Part shown: piece by piece, positions 1-8,200 of the stretch
Layout: the number at the start of each line of letters is the position of its first letter
Position numbering within the stretch: position 1 is the first letter of the stretch
Source: Alkalilimnicola ehrlichii MLHE-1
GTDB taxonomy: Bacteria; Pseudomonadota; Gammaproteobacteria; Nitrococcales; Halorhodospiraceae
Length of the DNA stretch: 32,000 bases
Reading direction: 5' to 3'
NCBI RefSeq assembly: GCF_000014785.1
Contig: NC_008340.1
Span: 1,830,001-1,862,000, forward strand
Notes under the pieces: generated by a model
Databases searched by the model: none
What the model was told of the DNA's origin: nothing
Seen by the model: only the letters and a program-made list of their open reading frames with translations
Translations under genes and position numbers: made by a program

Positions 1-734
1 CGGCGCAGGTCCGCAAGGATCGCCGCCAGCCCCTCCGGCGCGAGCGCCTCCAGGGCATCGAGTAGCGCCTCCAGGCCGTAGAGCGGCGGGTCGAAACCCT
101 CCTCGGCCGGGGTGAAGTCCACGGCCACCACCGCCACCGGCCCCCGGCCGGGCAGGGCCTGAAAGGCGCGGGCCTGCTCGTACCGGCACCGCTGTAGGTC
201 CTCCAGACCGGGCGTCCGATCCAGCGCCGGGTAGGGTGGGTGATCGCGGCCGGCGGGATAGCCCTCATGGAGGCAGGTCTGGACCAGTAGCACCGGCCAG
301 TCGGGGTGGGCACGGCGCACCTGACGCAGAGGCTCGAGCACCGCTTCCTGCTGCAGGTCCATGGCGCGCGCAACGGCCAGAACCACGTGGGCCTGGCCGC
401 TGAGGGCGGCGAGGTCCTCGGCCGGATCATAGTCGGCCTCGCCCAGGCCCCGGCTATCGAGAAACCGCAGCAGCGGGGCATCGGGGGGGAAGTCGTAAAC
501 CCGGGCCGAGCGGGTACAGCTTTGGAAGCCGGTGCCCACCGTGGCCGCCGGATCGCCGGTGAGGGCGCGCACCAGAGAGGTCTTTCCCGATTGCACCTTC
601 CCCACCAGCCAGAGCACGGGCGCCGCCTCCCGCGCCTTCCGGGCCAGCTCCGCCTGGTCCACCCCGACCCGCTCCGGGCGCAGCGCGGCATCGATCAGGC
701 GCTGCCAGGCGCGGGCAAGGCGGGGGCCGGTCAC
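1..734 (-). CDS. P-loop GTPase domain protein, partial (runs off the left edge)
   Basis: Manual reverse-strand translation from a GTG at 734..732 overlapping the upstream TGA (GTGA): ...EAAPVLWLVGKVQSGKTSLVRALTG (Walker A/G1) ... FLDSRGLGE (G3 DxxG). Not in the supplied ORF track because it is open at the edge. Confidence 0.75.
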   Translation of the reverse strand, partial: MTGPRLARAWQRLIDAALRPERVGVDQAELARKAREAAPVLWLVGKVQSGKTSLVRALTGDPAATVGTGFQSCTRSARVYDFPPDAPLLRFLDSRGLGEADYDPAEDLAALSGQAHVVLAVARAMDLQQEAVLEPLRQVRRAHPDWPVLLVQTCLHEGYPAGRDHPPYPALDRTPGLEDLQRCRYEQARAFQALPGRGPVAVVAVDFTPAEEGFDPPLYGLEALLDALEALAPEGLAAILADLR

Positions 735-3394
735 GACCGCGGGGATCCCGGCTCCAGCGCCGCCACTTCGTCGTGGATCAGCCGGGCAATGGCGTGCTCG
801 TCATCGCCCAGGGCCTTCAGGCGCTCGGCGCTGATCGGTTCGCCCACCACCACCGTGGCACGGCCGAATCGGGGCAGCCGGCGCCCCTTGGGCATGAGCT
901 CACGGGTGCCCTCGACCCAGACCGGCACCACGGGGACCGGCCAGGCGCGCAAGAGCAGGCCGACACCGGGCTGGAAGGGCTGCAGGCGGCCATCTGGTGA
1001 GCGCGCGCCCTCGGGGAACCAGACCAGGCTGTCCTGCCGCTGCAGGGTCATGGCCGCCAGGGCCAGGCTGCGCCGTGGCGCGGAGGCCGGATCCACCGGC
1101 AGGACACCCGCCGCGCGGCTGAACCAGCGACTGACCGGCCCTTGGAACAGCAGCCCGGTCCAGCCGGCCCAGCGTAGGTGCAGCATGCGGCGCAGCCCAA
1201 CGGCGTGGGACAGCACCACCGGGTCGAGCACGCTCAGGTGACGCGGGGCGATCAGCACCGGGCCATCGTCCGGCAGCCGCCCGCGCACCTCCACCCGCAC
1301 CCACACACGGGTGAAGAGCGAGGCCAGCGCCCAGAGCAGTCGGGCCGAGACGGCGCTCAGGGCACTGCGCGGCTCGAGCCAGCGCTGCAGATCCTCGGGT
1401 ACATTCGACTCGGGGCGGCGCAATTCCGCCACCAGGTCGCCGGCCCCCTCGGCCGTGCCCTCGCTCTGCCCCGCCCCGGCGGCCTCGCGGAGCAGATCGC
1501 GGACGGTCTCGATGCGCCCGATGGCGTCGTCATCGAACTCGACACCAACCCGGTCGCGCAGGGTCAGGCTGAGGTTGACCCAGGCCAGTGAGTCCAGCCC
1601 CAGGTCCAGGGACAGGCTGGTGTCCGGTGTCAGGCGAAAGTCCGGGTATTTTTCGACCAGGTACTCCCAGGTGGCCTCCGCCGACGGGTCGGTGAGCAGT
1701 TGCTGGTCCTCCGGCGCCATGGACTCCCGGGGGATGGGCTCGGCCTTGGCGGCACTGACCCCGCCCTGTTCCGCCAGGCGGTCGTACAGGTGCTGCAGTT
1801 CGTGGCGGCGAAGCTTGCCCAGCCGGGTCCGCGGCAGCGGGTCCACCGCCACCTGCAGCCGGCCCGGGCGGTGGTGGCTGGGCAGTGCACGGCCGGCCGC
1901 CTGCACCGCACTGATCAGCCGCTCGCGCAGGGCCTCGCCCTGGTGGGCCCGCAGCAGGGCCGGCTCCGGGACCGCCACGCCGACCAGTCGCCCGCCGGAC
2001 TCCAGCACGCCAACCTCACGCACCCCCTCAGCCTGGCTCAGTACGCCCTCCACCCGTTCCGGATCGATATTCTCGCCGCCGGGCAGGACGATCATGGCGG
2101 AACGCCGGCCCTGGAGGTAAAGGTAGCCGTCGCCGTCCAGCTCTCCCAGATCGCCGGTGCGGAACCAGCCGTCCTCCTGCAGCACCTCGCGGGTCTTGTC
2201 GGGACGGCGCCAGTAGCCGTGGAAGACGTTATCGCCCCGGGCCAGTACCTCACCGATCTCCCCCGGCGGGTCGATGGCCAACTCCACCCCCGGCAGGGCC
2301 ATTCCAGCGCTCTCCACGCGCAGCCGCTCAGGCGGGTTGTAGGTCAGGATCGGCGCCGTCTCGCTGAGACCGTAGCCGGTGGCCACCTCCCAGCCCAGGG
2401 CGCGGAGCTTTTCCGTCAGGGTGGGGTCCAGGGCGGCCCCACCGGAGACCACCATCCGCAGCGAGGGCGCCAGCCGCTGATGGAGGCTGCGAAACAGCCG
2501 TCGGCCCAGCCGCAAGCCCCACCGTTTTCGGGCCTGCATGGACAGCGCCAACATGCCGTGAAACAGCTTCTCGGCCACCGCGCCACGTCCGGCCACCCGG
2601 TCCTCCAACGCCGTCCACACCGCGTCGTAGAGCCGTGGCACCCCCAGCATGATGGTCGGCTGACCAAGCTGCAGGGCGCGGACGATCTGCGGCCCGACCA
2701 GCGAGAAGGGCAGGATCAGCGGCGCCCCCAGGCGCAGGGGGACCAGGATGCCGACCGTGAAGGGGTAGACATGGTGGAACGGCAGGGGCACCAGCACCCG
2801 GTCGTCGCTGCCGGCGACATTCTCCTGCACCAGGGACGAGACGTTGCTGGCCAGGTTCTTGTGGGTGAGCGGCACGCCTTTCGGCGCGCCGGTGGTGCCG
2901 GAGGTGTAGAACATGGTGGCCAGATCCTCCGGCGCCACATCGGGCACGATGGGCTCGTCGGCCCAGAGGCTCCGCCAGTGTTCGGGGGCACGCTCGTCAC
3001 CGTCCAGGCGGTAGAGGGTGGGCTCCGGGTCCACCTCCGCCCCGATAACCCGGTCCACCAGCGCCCCGGTGGTGAACACCCAACGGGGCTGGGCATCACG
3101 CAGGACGAAATGGAACTCCTTGAGCGGCATCTGGGTATCCAGGGGCACCACCACGCCGCCGGCCTGCATCACACCCAGGGCGGCGGCCACCCAGTCCACG
3201 CTGTTGTGCGCCACCAGGGCGATCCGGTCACCCTTGTCCAGGCCCGCCGACACCAGGCCGGCGGCAAGCCGGCCAGCCCGTTCCAGCAGCTCGCCCCGGC
3301 TGCACTCCTCCGCCCCGTCGCGAGTTATGGCCACCGCCGCCACCCCGTCGGGCGGGCGGGCGCTGAGCAACTCGGGGACTGTGGCTGCGGTCAT
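731..3394 (-). CDS. Fused AMP-dependent acyl-CoA/ACP synthetase - acyl carrier domain - PlsC-type 1-acylglycerol-phosphate acyltransferase
   Basis: 887 aa. AMP-binding motif 'MFYTSGTTGAPKGVPLTH', 'ATGYGLSETAP' and 'GDLGELDGDGYLYLQGR'; carrier motif 'LSLDLGLDSLAWV'; acyltransferase motifs 'APRHLSVLDP' (HX4D) and 'FPEGARSPDG'. RBS GGAGGT just upstream of the ATG. Confidence 0.9.
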   Translation of the reverse strand: MTAATVPELLSARPPDGVAAVAITRDGAEECSRGELLERAGRLAAGLVSAGLDKGDRIALVAHNSVDWVAAALGVMQAGGVVVPLDTQMPLKEFHFVLRDAQPRWVFTTGALVDRVIGAEVDPEPTLYRLDGDERAPEHWRSLWADEPIVPDVAPEDLATMFYTSGTTGAPKGVPLTHKNLASNVSSLVQENVAGSDDRVLVPLPFHHVYPFTVGILVPLRLGAPLILPFSLVGPQIVRALQLGQPTIMLGVPRLYDAVWTALEDRVAGRGAVAEKLFHGMLALSMQARKRWGLRLGRRLFRSLHQRLAPSLRMVVSGGAALDPTLTEKLRALGWEVATGYGLSETAPILTYNPPERLRVESAGMALPGVELAIDPPGEIGEVLARGDNVFHGYWRRPDKTREVLQEDGWFRTGDLGELDGDGYLYLQGRRSAMIVLPGGENIDPERVEGVLSQAEGVREVGVLESGGRLVGVAVPEPALLRAHQGEALRERLISAVQAAGRALPSHHRPGRLQVAVDPLPRTRLGKLRRHELQHLYDRLAEQGGVSAAKAEPIPRESMAPEDQQLLTDPSAEATWEYLVEKYPDFRLTPDTSLSLDLGLDSLAWVNLSLTLRDRVGVEFDDDAIGRIETVRDLLREAAGAGQSEGTAEGAGDLVAELRRPESNVPEDLQRWLEPRSALSAVSARLLWALASLFTRVWVRVEVRGRLPDDGPVLIAPRHLSVLDPVVLSHAVGLRRMLHLRWAGWTGLLFQGPVSRWFSRAAGVLPVDPASAPRRSLALAAMTLQRQDSLVWFPEGARSPDGRLQPFQPGVGLLLRAWPVPVVPVWVEGTRELMPKGRRLPRFGRATVVVGEPISAERLKALGDDEHAIARLIHDEVAALEPGSPRS

Positions 3395-3433
3395 CGCTAC
3401 CTCCGTGGGGCGCGGATGAGGGCGGCATCTCTG

Positions 3434-3559
3434 TCAGTCGTCATCCCGCCAGCCAAAGAACAGGGTCTTGATGGCATAACCCAGCATCACCAGCAGCAGG
3501 ATCACCAGCGGCGCCAGGATGAATATCACGCCGTCACCGAGCACTTCAAAGAGGGGCAT
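3434..3559 (-). CDS. 41-aa predicted single-pass membrane protein
   Basis: Manual translation: MPLFEVLGDGVIFILAPLVILLLVMLGYAIKTLFFGWRDDD*. Hydrophobic core, GGGAGCG purine-rich sequence just upstream of the ATG, same strand and 39 nt upstream of the 887-aa CDS. Confidence 0.6.
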   Translation of the reverse strand: MPLFEVLGDGVIFILAPLVILLLVMLGYAIKTLFFGWRDDD

Positions 3560-3579
3560 AGTCGCTCCCGATTCCAGAC

Positions 3580-3591
3580 ATGGACGTCCAT
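3580..3591. promoter_or_regulatory. 12-bp perfect palindrome ATGGACGTCCAT in a divergent intergenic region, next to AT-rich TAATAT
   Basis: Sequence reads ccagacATGGACGTCCATaatatcattcg, between divergent starts at 3559 (-) and 3615 (+). Confidence 0.3.
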
Positions 3592-3614
3592 AATATCATT
3601 CGAGGAGGCGCACC

Positions 3615-4361
3615 ATGCTGGTATTGCTCGAGTACCTGATCATTACTTTCGTCGCGGTCTTCGTGATCGTCAACCCGTTGACGACCTCGTTCGTCTTCAT
3701 GGCGTTACTGCCCACCGCCTCGGCGCGACGGCGCCGGACCATCGCCCGGCGCGCCACCGTCATCGCCACCGCCCTGTTTTTTCTCTTCGCCACCCTGGGT
3801 GGGCTGATCTTCCAGATCTTCGGCATCACCCTGGCCGCCTTCCGCATCGCCGGCGGGCTCATCCTGTTCGGGGTGGCCATGGCGATGATCCGCCAGACCC
3901 TGCCCTCGGAGGCCGAAACGGCGGAACAGGCACGCAACGACGAAGGGCGGATCACCGATGACATCTCGGTTATCCCGCTGGCCATCCCCTTTATCAGCGG
4001 GCCTGGGGCCATCGCCACGGTCATGATCCTGACCAGTGAGGCCCCCACGCTCTACCACTTGGCGCTGGTCTACCTGGCGGTATTAAGCTGCACGGTCACC
4101 TGCTACTTCGCGATGATTTACTCGCGCCATATCGTCCGCTTTCTCGGCGATACCGGGAAGGAGATCCTGACCAAGATCTTCGGACTGATCCTGGCGGTCC
4201 TGGCCATCCAGTTCGTGATTAATGGCGTGAGCGACGCCGTCACCGGCTACATGCTCGATTACAATCTGCTGGACGGCAGCCAGGTCGAGGACCCGCGGGC
4301 GATCGAGCGCCGGGATCTGCGCGATGAACGCGGCCCGGGCCCCGGGGAGGGCCGCGAATAG
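3615..4361 (+). CDS. MarC/YchE-family integral membrane protein
   Basis: 248 aa with several hydrophobic segments; 'VFVIVNPLTTSFVFMALLP', 'AFRIAGGLILFGVAMAMI' and 'IPLAIPFISGPGAIATVMIL' are typical of MarC family. RBS GAGGAGG upstream. Confidence 0.85.
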   Translation: MLVLLEYLIITFVAVFVIVNPLTTSFVFMALLPTASARRRRTIARRATVIATALFFLFATLGGLIFQIFGITLAAFRIAGGLILFGVAMAMIRQTLPSEAETAEQARNDEGRITDDISVIPLAIPFISGPGAIATVMILTSEAPTLYHLALVYLAVLSCTVTCYFAMIYSRHIVRFLGDTGKEILTKIFGLILAVLAIQFVINGVSDAVTGYMLDYNLLDGSQVEDPRAIERRDLRDERGPGPGEGRE

Positions 4362-4367
4362 CCGGCC

Positions 4368-4586
4368 TCAGGCAGGCTGTAGCAACAACTCGAACTGCCG
4401 CGTGCAGGCGTCCCAGCCGAAGCTCAGAGCCGCCCGCCGGACCTCCCCGCGATCCAGCCGCAATGCGCACAGCGCCGCCGCGCGCAGATCGCAGTCCAGC
4501 ACCCCGGTCACCCCTGGGGCGACGACATCCACCGGGCCGGTCACCGGGAAGGTGGCCACGGGCAGACCAAACGTCAATGCCCGCAC
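4368..4586 (-). pseudogene. C-terminal remnant of a GT4-type glycosyltransferase
   Basis: Reading frame 'ALTFGLPVATFPVTGPVDVVAPGVTGVLDCDLRAAALCALRLDRGEVRRAALSFGWDACTRQFELLLQPA' resembles the tail of GT4 enzymes (EALACGLPVAAFPVTGP...DV). The N-terminal roughly three quarters is absent and overlaps the start of a gene on the other strand. Confidence 0.6.
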
Positions 4587-4993
4587 CCCGCCCCCTCGCC
4601 CGATTCGACAGCGTGGAGATCCTGCTCTGCCGGACGCTCAACCAGTCGACCCGCCACCAGACCATTCGACGGTTCTTTGCCGGGGTGAGCAGGCTGGGTG
4701 ATGGCCCCGTCTGGTACACGCTCATGGGCGCGTTGGTGCTTAACCCGGGTTGGAAGGGAGCGGTGGCCTCGCTGCAGATGGGGCTCACCGCCCTGGTGGG
4801 GATCGCCCTGGCCTGGTTACCCGGCCTCAGCCCGCTCCTGCTTCCGCTCGTCCTGTTGATCGCCCTGTCACGGGTGGTCCTGGGGCTGCACTATCCGTCC
4901 GACGGGCTGGTCGGGGGGATCATCGGTTACGGGCTGGCCCGCCTCTCGCTCTGGCTCTATCCGGCCGCGACACCGCTACAGATGGCGTCTTAG
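4577..4993 (+). pseudogene. PAP2-family phosphatase with an internal deletion of the catalytic core
   Basis: 138 aa: 'FDSVEILLCRTLNQSTRHQTIRRFFAGVSRLGDGPVWYTLMG...' then 'LIALSRVVLGLHYPSDGLVGG' (PAP2 motif 3, SRxxxxxHxxxD). Motif 1 (KX6RP) and motif 2 (PSGH) are absent. Confidence 0.6.
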
Positions 4994-5530
4994 AAAATCG
5001 GCCACGGCCTCCGGGTCGTTCAGCGGCAGGGTGATGTGGCCCGGCGCTACCGCGGCCGGCTCATCGGTGGCCACGGCGATGATGGCCGGGTCGTCCGGGT
5101 GCAGGGGCCGTTCACTGAACCGCGGTCGGTAGACCTCGATCTTGGGGAAGCGCTCGTGGCGAAAGCCCTCCACCACGATCAGGTCGAGCCGGCTCTGGTC
5201 CAGCCGCGCCAGCTCCTCGCTCAGCAGCGGGTCGGATTGCGTCGCCGGCCGTTCCACCATCAGGGCGAAGCGCCGCCCGGAGGTCAGCAGGACCTGCCCG
5301 GCACCGGCCTCGCGCAGGCGGTAGCTGTCCTTACCCGGCTTGTCCACGTCGAAACGATGGTGGGCATGCTTGACCAGGCCCACCCGCAGCCCGGTCGCCG
5401 ACAGCGAGCGGATCACGCCCTCCAGCAGGGTGGTCTTGCCGGCGCCGCTCCACCCGGCGACACCCACCACCGGAATCCGGGCGCCGTCGGGCCAAAGCGG
5501 GCCCCAGGGGTGGTCAGGGGATAATCTCAT
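4976..5530 (-). CDS. mobB: Molybdopterin-guanine dinucleotide biosynthesis protein B
   Basis: 184 aa; 'VVGVAGWSGAGKTTLLEGVIRSLSATGLRVGLVKHAHHRFDVDKPGKDSYRLREAGAGQVLLTSGRR' is typical MobB. 18-nt tail overlap with the preceding convergent ORF. Confidence 0.93.
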   Translation of the reverse strand: MRLSPDHPWGPLWPDGARIPVVGVAGWSGAGKTTLLEGVIRSLSATGLRVGLVKHAHHRFDVDKPGKDSYRLREAGAGQVLLTSGRRFALMVERPATQSDPLLSEELARLDQSRLDLIVVEGFRHERFPKIEVYRPRFSERPLHPDDPAIIAVATDEPAAVAPGHITLPLNDPEAVADFLRRHL

Positions 5531-5533
5531 GCG

Positions 5534-6607
5534 TCAGTCATCCTCGAATGGCGGGGTCAACAGTGCTCGCCAGGCCGGTTCCAGGCGCGGCGCCAGCCAG
5601 CCGGAGACATCCGGTGCCGGCGGGGGGCCATCACGAAGCCAGCCATACAGGCGTTCCACCAGGGCCCGGTGGTCACCGCCCGGGTAACGGTGCGCGGGCG
5701 GATACTGCTCCGGGTAGCAGAGCGCGTCAGGGGCCAACGGGCAGGCCCCGGCGCTTACCGCCTCCAACATGGCCAGCCCCTGAAACTCATGCTCCGCGGT
5801 ACTGACCACCACCCCGGCCCGGGCCAGCAGGTGACGGTATTCTGCCCGATCCACCCGACCATCGGCCACGATACGTTCAGGCAATGCCTGGCGCAGCCGG
5901 CGCAGGGGTTCCGGTGCCGGCTCCGGCCGCGCGCCCAGCAGGGCCAGGCGGAAGTCGGCACCGCGGCGATGCAACGCCAGCATGGCATCCGCGAACAGAT
6001 CCGGTCGCTTGTCGTATTCCCACCGGTGGTTCCAAAGGATCAGGCGCGGGTCCCGCTGCCCGGGGGGCAGCGGCTCCACCGGCACCGGCAGGACCGCGGC
6101 CCGGGCTGCCAGGGCCTCCACGATGCCGCCGGGTACGGCATCCGGCATCTTACGCAACAGGGTCCGCACCCCCGACAGGAAGCTGTCCCGGTTGAACGCG
6201 GAGTTAAACAGCAGCCGCTGCGCGGCGAGGGCGCCGTAGAGTTGCACCATCTGCGGCTCAACGCTCTTCACCTGGCGGGGACTGACCGGGTAAGCGAACT
6301 GGTTCTCATGAAAATAGTAATAGGCCGGGACCCGCGCCAGGCGGGGGTTGAGCCCCCGCAGGGTGGCCAAATCCACCATCGACGTGGCCAGGATGAGGTC
6401 CGGTCGGTCTTCCGGCAGGCCGCCCAGCCAGGAGAGCGGATTGCCGCGGATCCGCCAGCGAAAGAAGCGCCCGGGCAGCTCCCGCCGTGCCCAGTCCACC
6501 CCACTCTGGCTGCGCACCAGCCCGTCGGCCCAGGCTCGATGGCTGTCGGCGCGATAGGCCGAGAGCAGCCAGACCCGTGGCCTCTCTGGCGCCTCCCCCG
6601 CCGTCAC
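5534..6607 (-). CDS. DUF3524-type glycosyltransferase (tRNA-queuosine alpha-mannosyltransferase/QTMAN-like)
   Basis: 'RVWLLSAYRADSHRAWADGLV...ELPGRFFRWRIRGNPLSWLG...DLILATSMVDLATLRGL...YYYFHENQFAYP' in the N-domain and a GT4-like C-domain ('ARAGVVVSTAEHEFQGLAMLEAVSAG'). GTG start at 6607 overlaps the upstream TGA; the track start at 6655 lies inside the upstream gene. Confidence 0.8.
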   Translation of the reverse strand: MTAGEAPERPRVWLLSAYRADSHRAWADGLVRSQSGVDWARRELPGRFFRWRIRGNPLSWLGGLPEDRPDLILATSMVDLATLRGLNPRLARVPAYYYFHENQFAYPVSPRQVKSVEPQMVQLYGALAAQRLLFNSAFNRDSFLSGVRTLLRKMPDAVPGGIVEALAARAAVLPVPVEPLPPGQRDPRLILWNHRWEYDKRPDLFADAMLALHRRGADFRLALLGARPEPAPEPLRRLRQALPERIVADGRVDRAEYRHLLARAGVVVSTAEHEFQGLAMLEAVSAGACPLAPDALCYPEQYPPAHRYPGGDHRALVERLYGWLRDGPPPAPDVSGWLAPRLEPAWRALLTPPFEDD

Positions 6608-7380
6608 GCCGAGGCGGCGGGGTTGGCCTGCCGGCGCTCCCCGCACAGCGCCCACGCCGCAGCCAGCGCCCCGAACCGGGGCAATAACCGGCTGGCAGCC
6701 GGGGTGGCCCGGACCTCATGGAGCAGGCGGTCAGGGTCCTGATCCTCCATCTGCAACTGAGGGGTGACGAATTCGATGTAGCGCCGCATCACCTCGGGCG
6801 AGAACTCCGGATGGAACTGCACCCCCCAGGCCCGTGCCCCGATGCGAAAGGCGTGATGCGGTTCCACACCGCTGCGGGCGAGCACGACCGCACCACGGGG
6901 CAGATGCCGGACAAACTGGCGATGGACCACCTGTGCTGGAAAGGCCTGCGGCAGCGTTCGGAACAACGGATCGGCCCGCGCCGGTTCGGTGCGGTGCACC
7001 GTCGCCGTCCCGATCTCAATGCCACGCTCCCGGTAGTCGACGGCGCCGCCCATCGCCCGGGCCAGGAGTTGGTGGCCGTAGCAGATCCCCAATACCGGGA
7101 CCTCCCCCGCCACCAGCGCGCGCAACCACTGCTCGGCAGTGGGCAACCAGGGCTCACCCTCGGTCACCATGCCGTGGGACCCGGTGATGATCACCCCCGC
7201 CAGTCGGGTGGGCTCCGGCAGGCCGGCCTGCGCCCTCGGGTCCACCACCCGCACCGGCAGCTCCAACTCACCGAGACCGTGGCGGATCCAGTCCTCGAAA
7301 TTCCCCTCGTCCTCCGCCAATGCCGGAAAGGTGGAGCCGGCTTTGAGAATAATCAACGGCTTGTCGAGGTTATCGTCCAT
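6604..7380 (-). CDS. Class I glutamine amidotransferase (GMP synthase-like)
   Basis: 258 aa; 'VPVLGICYGHQLLARAMGG' nucleophile elbow, 'GVQFHPEFSPEVMRRY' catalytic His-x-Glu. Confidence 0.88.
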   Translation of the reverse strand: MDDNLDKPLIILKAGSTFPALAEDEGNFEDWIRHGLGELELPVRVVDPRAQAGLPEPTRLAGVIITGSHGMVTEGEPWLPTAEQWLRALVAGEVPVLGICYGHQLLARAMGGAVDYRERGIEIGTATVHRTEPARADPLFRTLPQAFPAQVVHRQFVRHLPRGAVVLARSGVEPHHAFRIGARAWGVQFHPEFSPEVMRRYIEFVTPQLQMEDQDPDRLLHEVRATPAASRLLPRFGALAAAWALCGERRQANPAASA

Positions 7381-7511
7381 GCACCACCACCCGAAGGTTC
7401 ACGTTGTCCCAGGCTGATCATAGAACAGCCAAAACCCGTATGCTGCGCACCGCTTATACCACGGCCCTTGACTGATAAGCTAGTGATCCACTGGGTTGAT
7501 ATCGGCGGATC

Positions 7512-7766
7512 ATGGCGAAGATTAAGATCGACCTGCACGACTGCTTCAACGACGGGCGCCGCATCGACCGGGCCCTGCACGACGCCATTGACCAGGCCTG
7601 CCGCAAAGGGATCAGGCAGGTGGAGATCATCCATGGCCGGGGCAGCGGGCAATTAAAGAAACGGGTGCTCAAATTCCTGGAGCAACCGGAGATCAAGGCC
7701 CGCTACCACCGCGTGGAGAAGGACACCAAGAACCCCGGTCGCCTCTTCGTCCATTTCCGGCACTGA
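7512..7766 (+). CDS. Stand-alone Smr domain protein
   Basis: 84 aa: 'IDLHDC...ALHDAIDQACRKGIRQVEIIHGRGSGQLKKRVLKFLEQ' (LDxH-like and HGxG motifs). Confidence 0.8.
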   Translation: MAKIKIDLHDCFNDGRRIDRALHDAIDQACRKGIRQVEIIHGRGSGQLKKRVLKFLEQPEIKARYHRVEKDTKNPGRLFVHFRH

Positions 7767-7767
7767 T

Positions 7768-8187
7768 TCAGTCATCGCCGGCCGGCCGGTTGCGCAATCG
7801 CTTGACCCGGCCGCGCCGCTTTTTGCCCTCCATCCGCCGCTGTCGCGCCGCCCGGGTCGGCTGGGTGGGACGGCGCCGGCGGACCGGCCGGGCCGCCTCC
7901 CGGATCAGCGCCCGCAGGCGCTCCAGGGCATCCTGCCGGTTCTGCTCCAGGGTCCGGTATTGTTGGGCCTTGATGACCACCATCCCCTCTTTGCTGATGC
8001 GGTGATCGGAGACCGCCAGCAGCCGCTGCTTATAGTAGGCCGGCAGGGTGGAGCGCCGGATATCAAAACGCAGGTGCACGGCAGTGGCCACCTTGTTGAC
8101 GTTCTGCCCGCCGGCGCCTTGGGCACGGATCGGCTGGATCTGGATCTCCCAGTCGGCGAGGGTGACACTGTTGGATATCCGGAGCAT
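7768..8187 (-). CDS. arfB: ArfB (YaeJ)-like alternative ribosome-rescue peptidyl-tRNA hydrolase
   Basis: 'IQPIRAQGAGGQNVNKVATAVHLRFDI' (GGQ motif) and a basic C-terminal tail 'RRMEGKKRRGRVKRLRNR'. Start at MLRISNSV (8187), not 8220, which overlaps the upstream gene. Confidence 0.9.
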   Translation of the reverse strand: MLRISNSVTLADWEIQIQPIRAQGAGGQNVNKVATAVHLRFDIRRSTLPAYYKQRLLAVSDHRISKEGMVVIKAQQYRTLEQNRQDALERLRALIREAARPVRRRRPTQPTRAARQRRMEGKKRRGRVKRLRNRPAGDD

Positions 8188-8200
8188 GGCGGGTGATCGC

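Noticed and set aside
1700-3961. 753-aa plus-strand ORF
   Set aside because: Antisense to the fused synthetase/acyltransferase gene and overlapping the 5' part of the marC-like gene. Composition is that of a shadow ORF.
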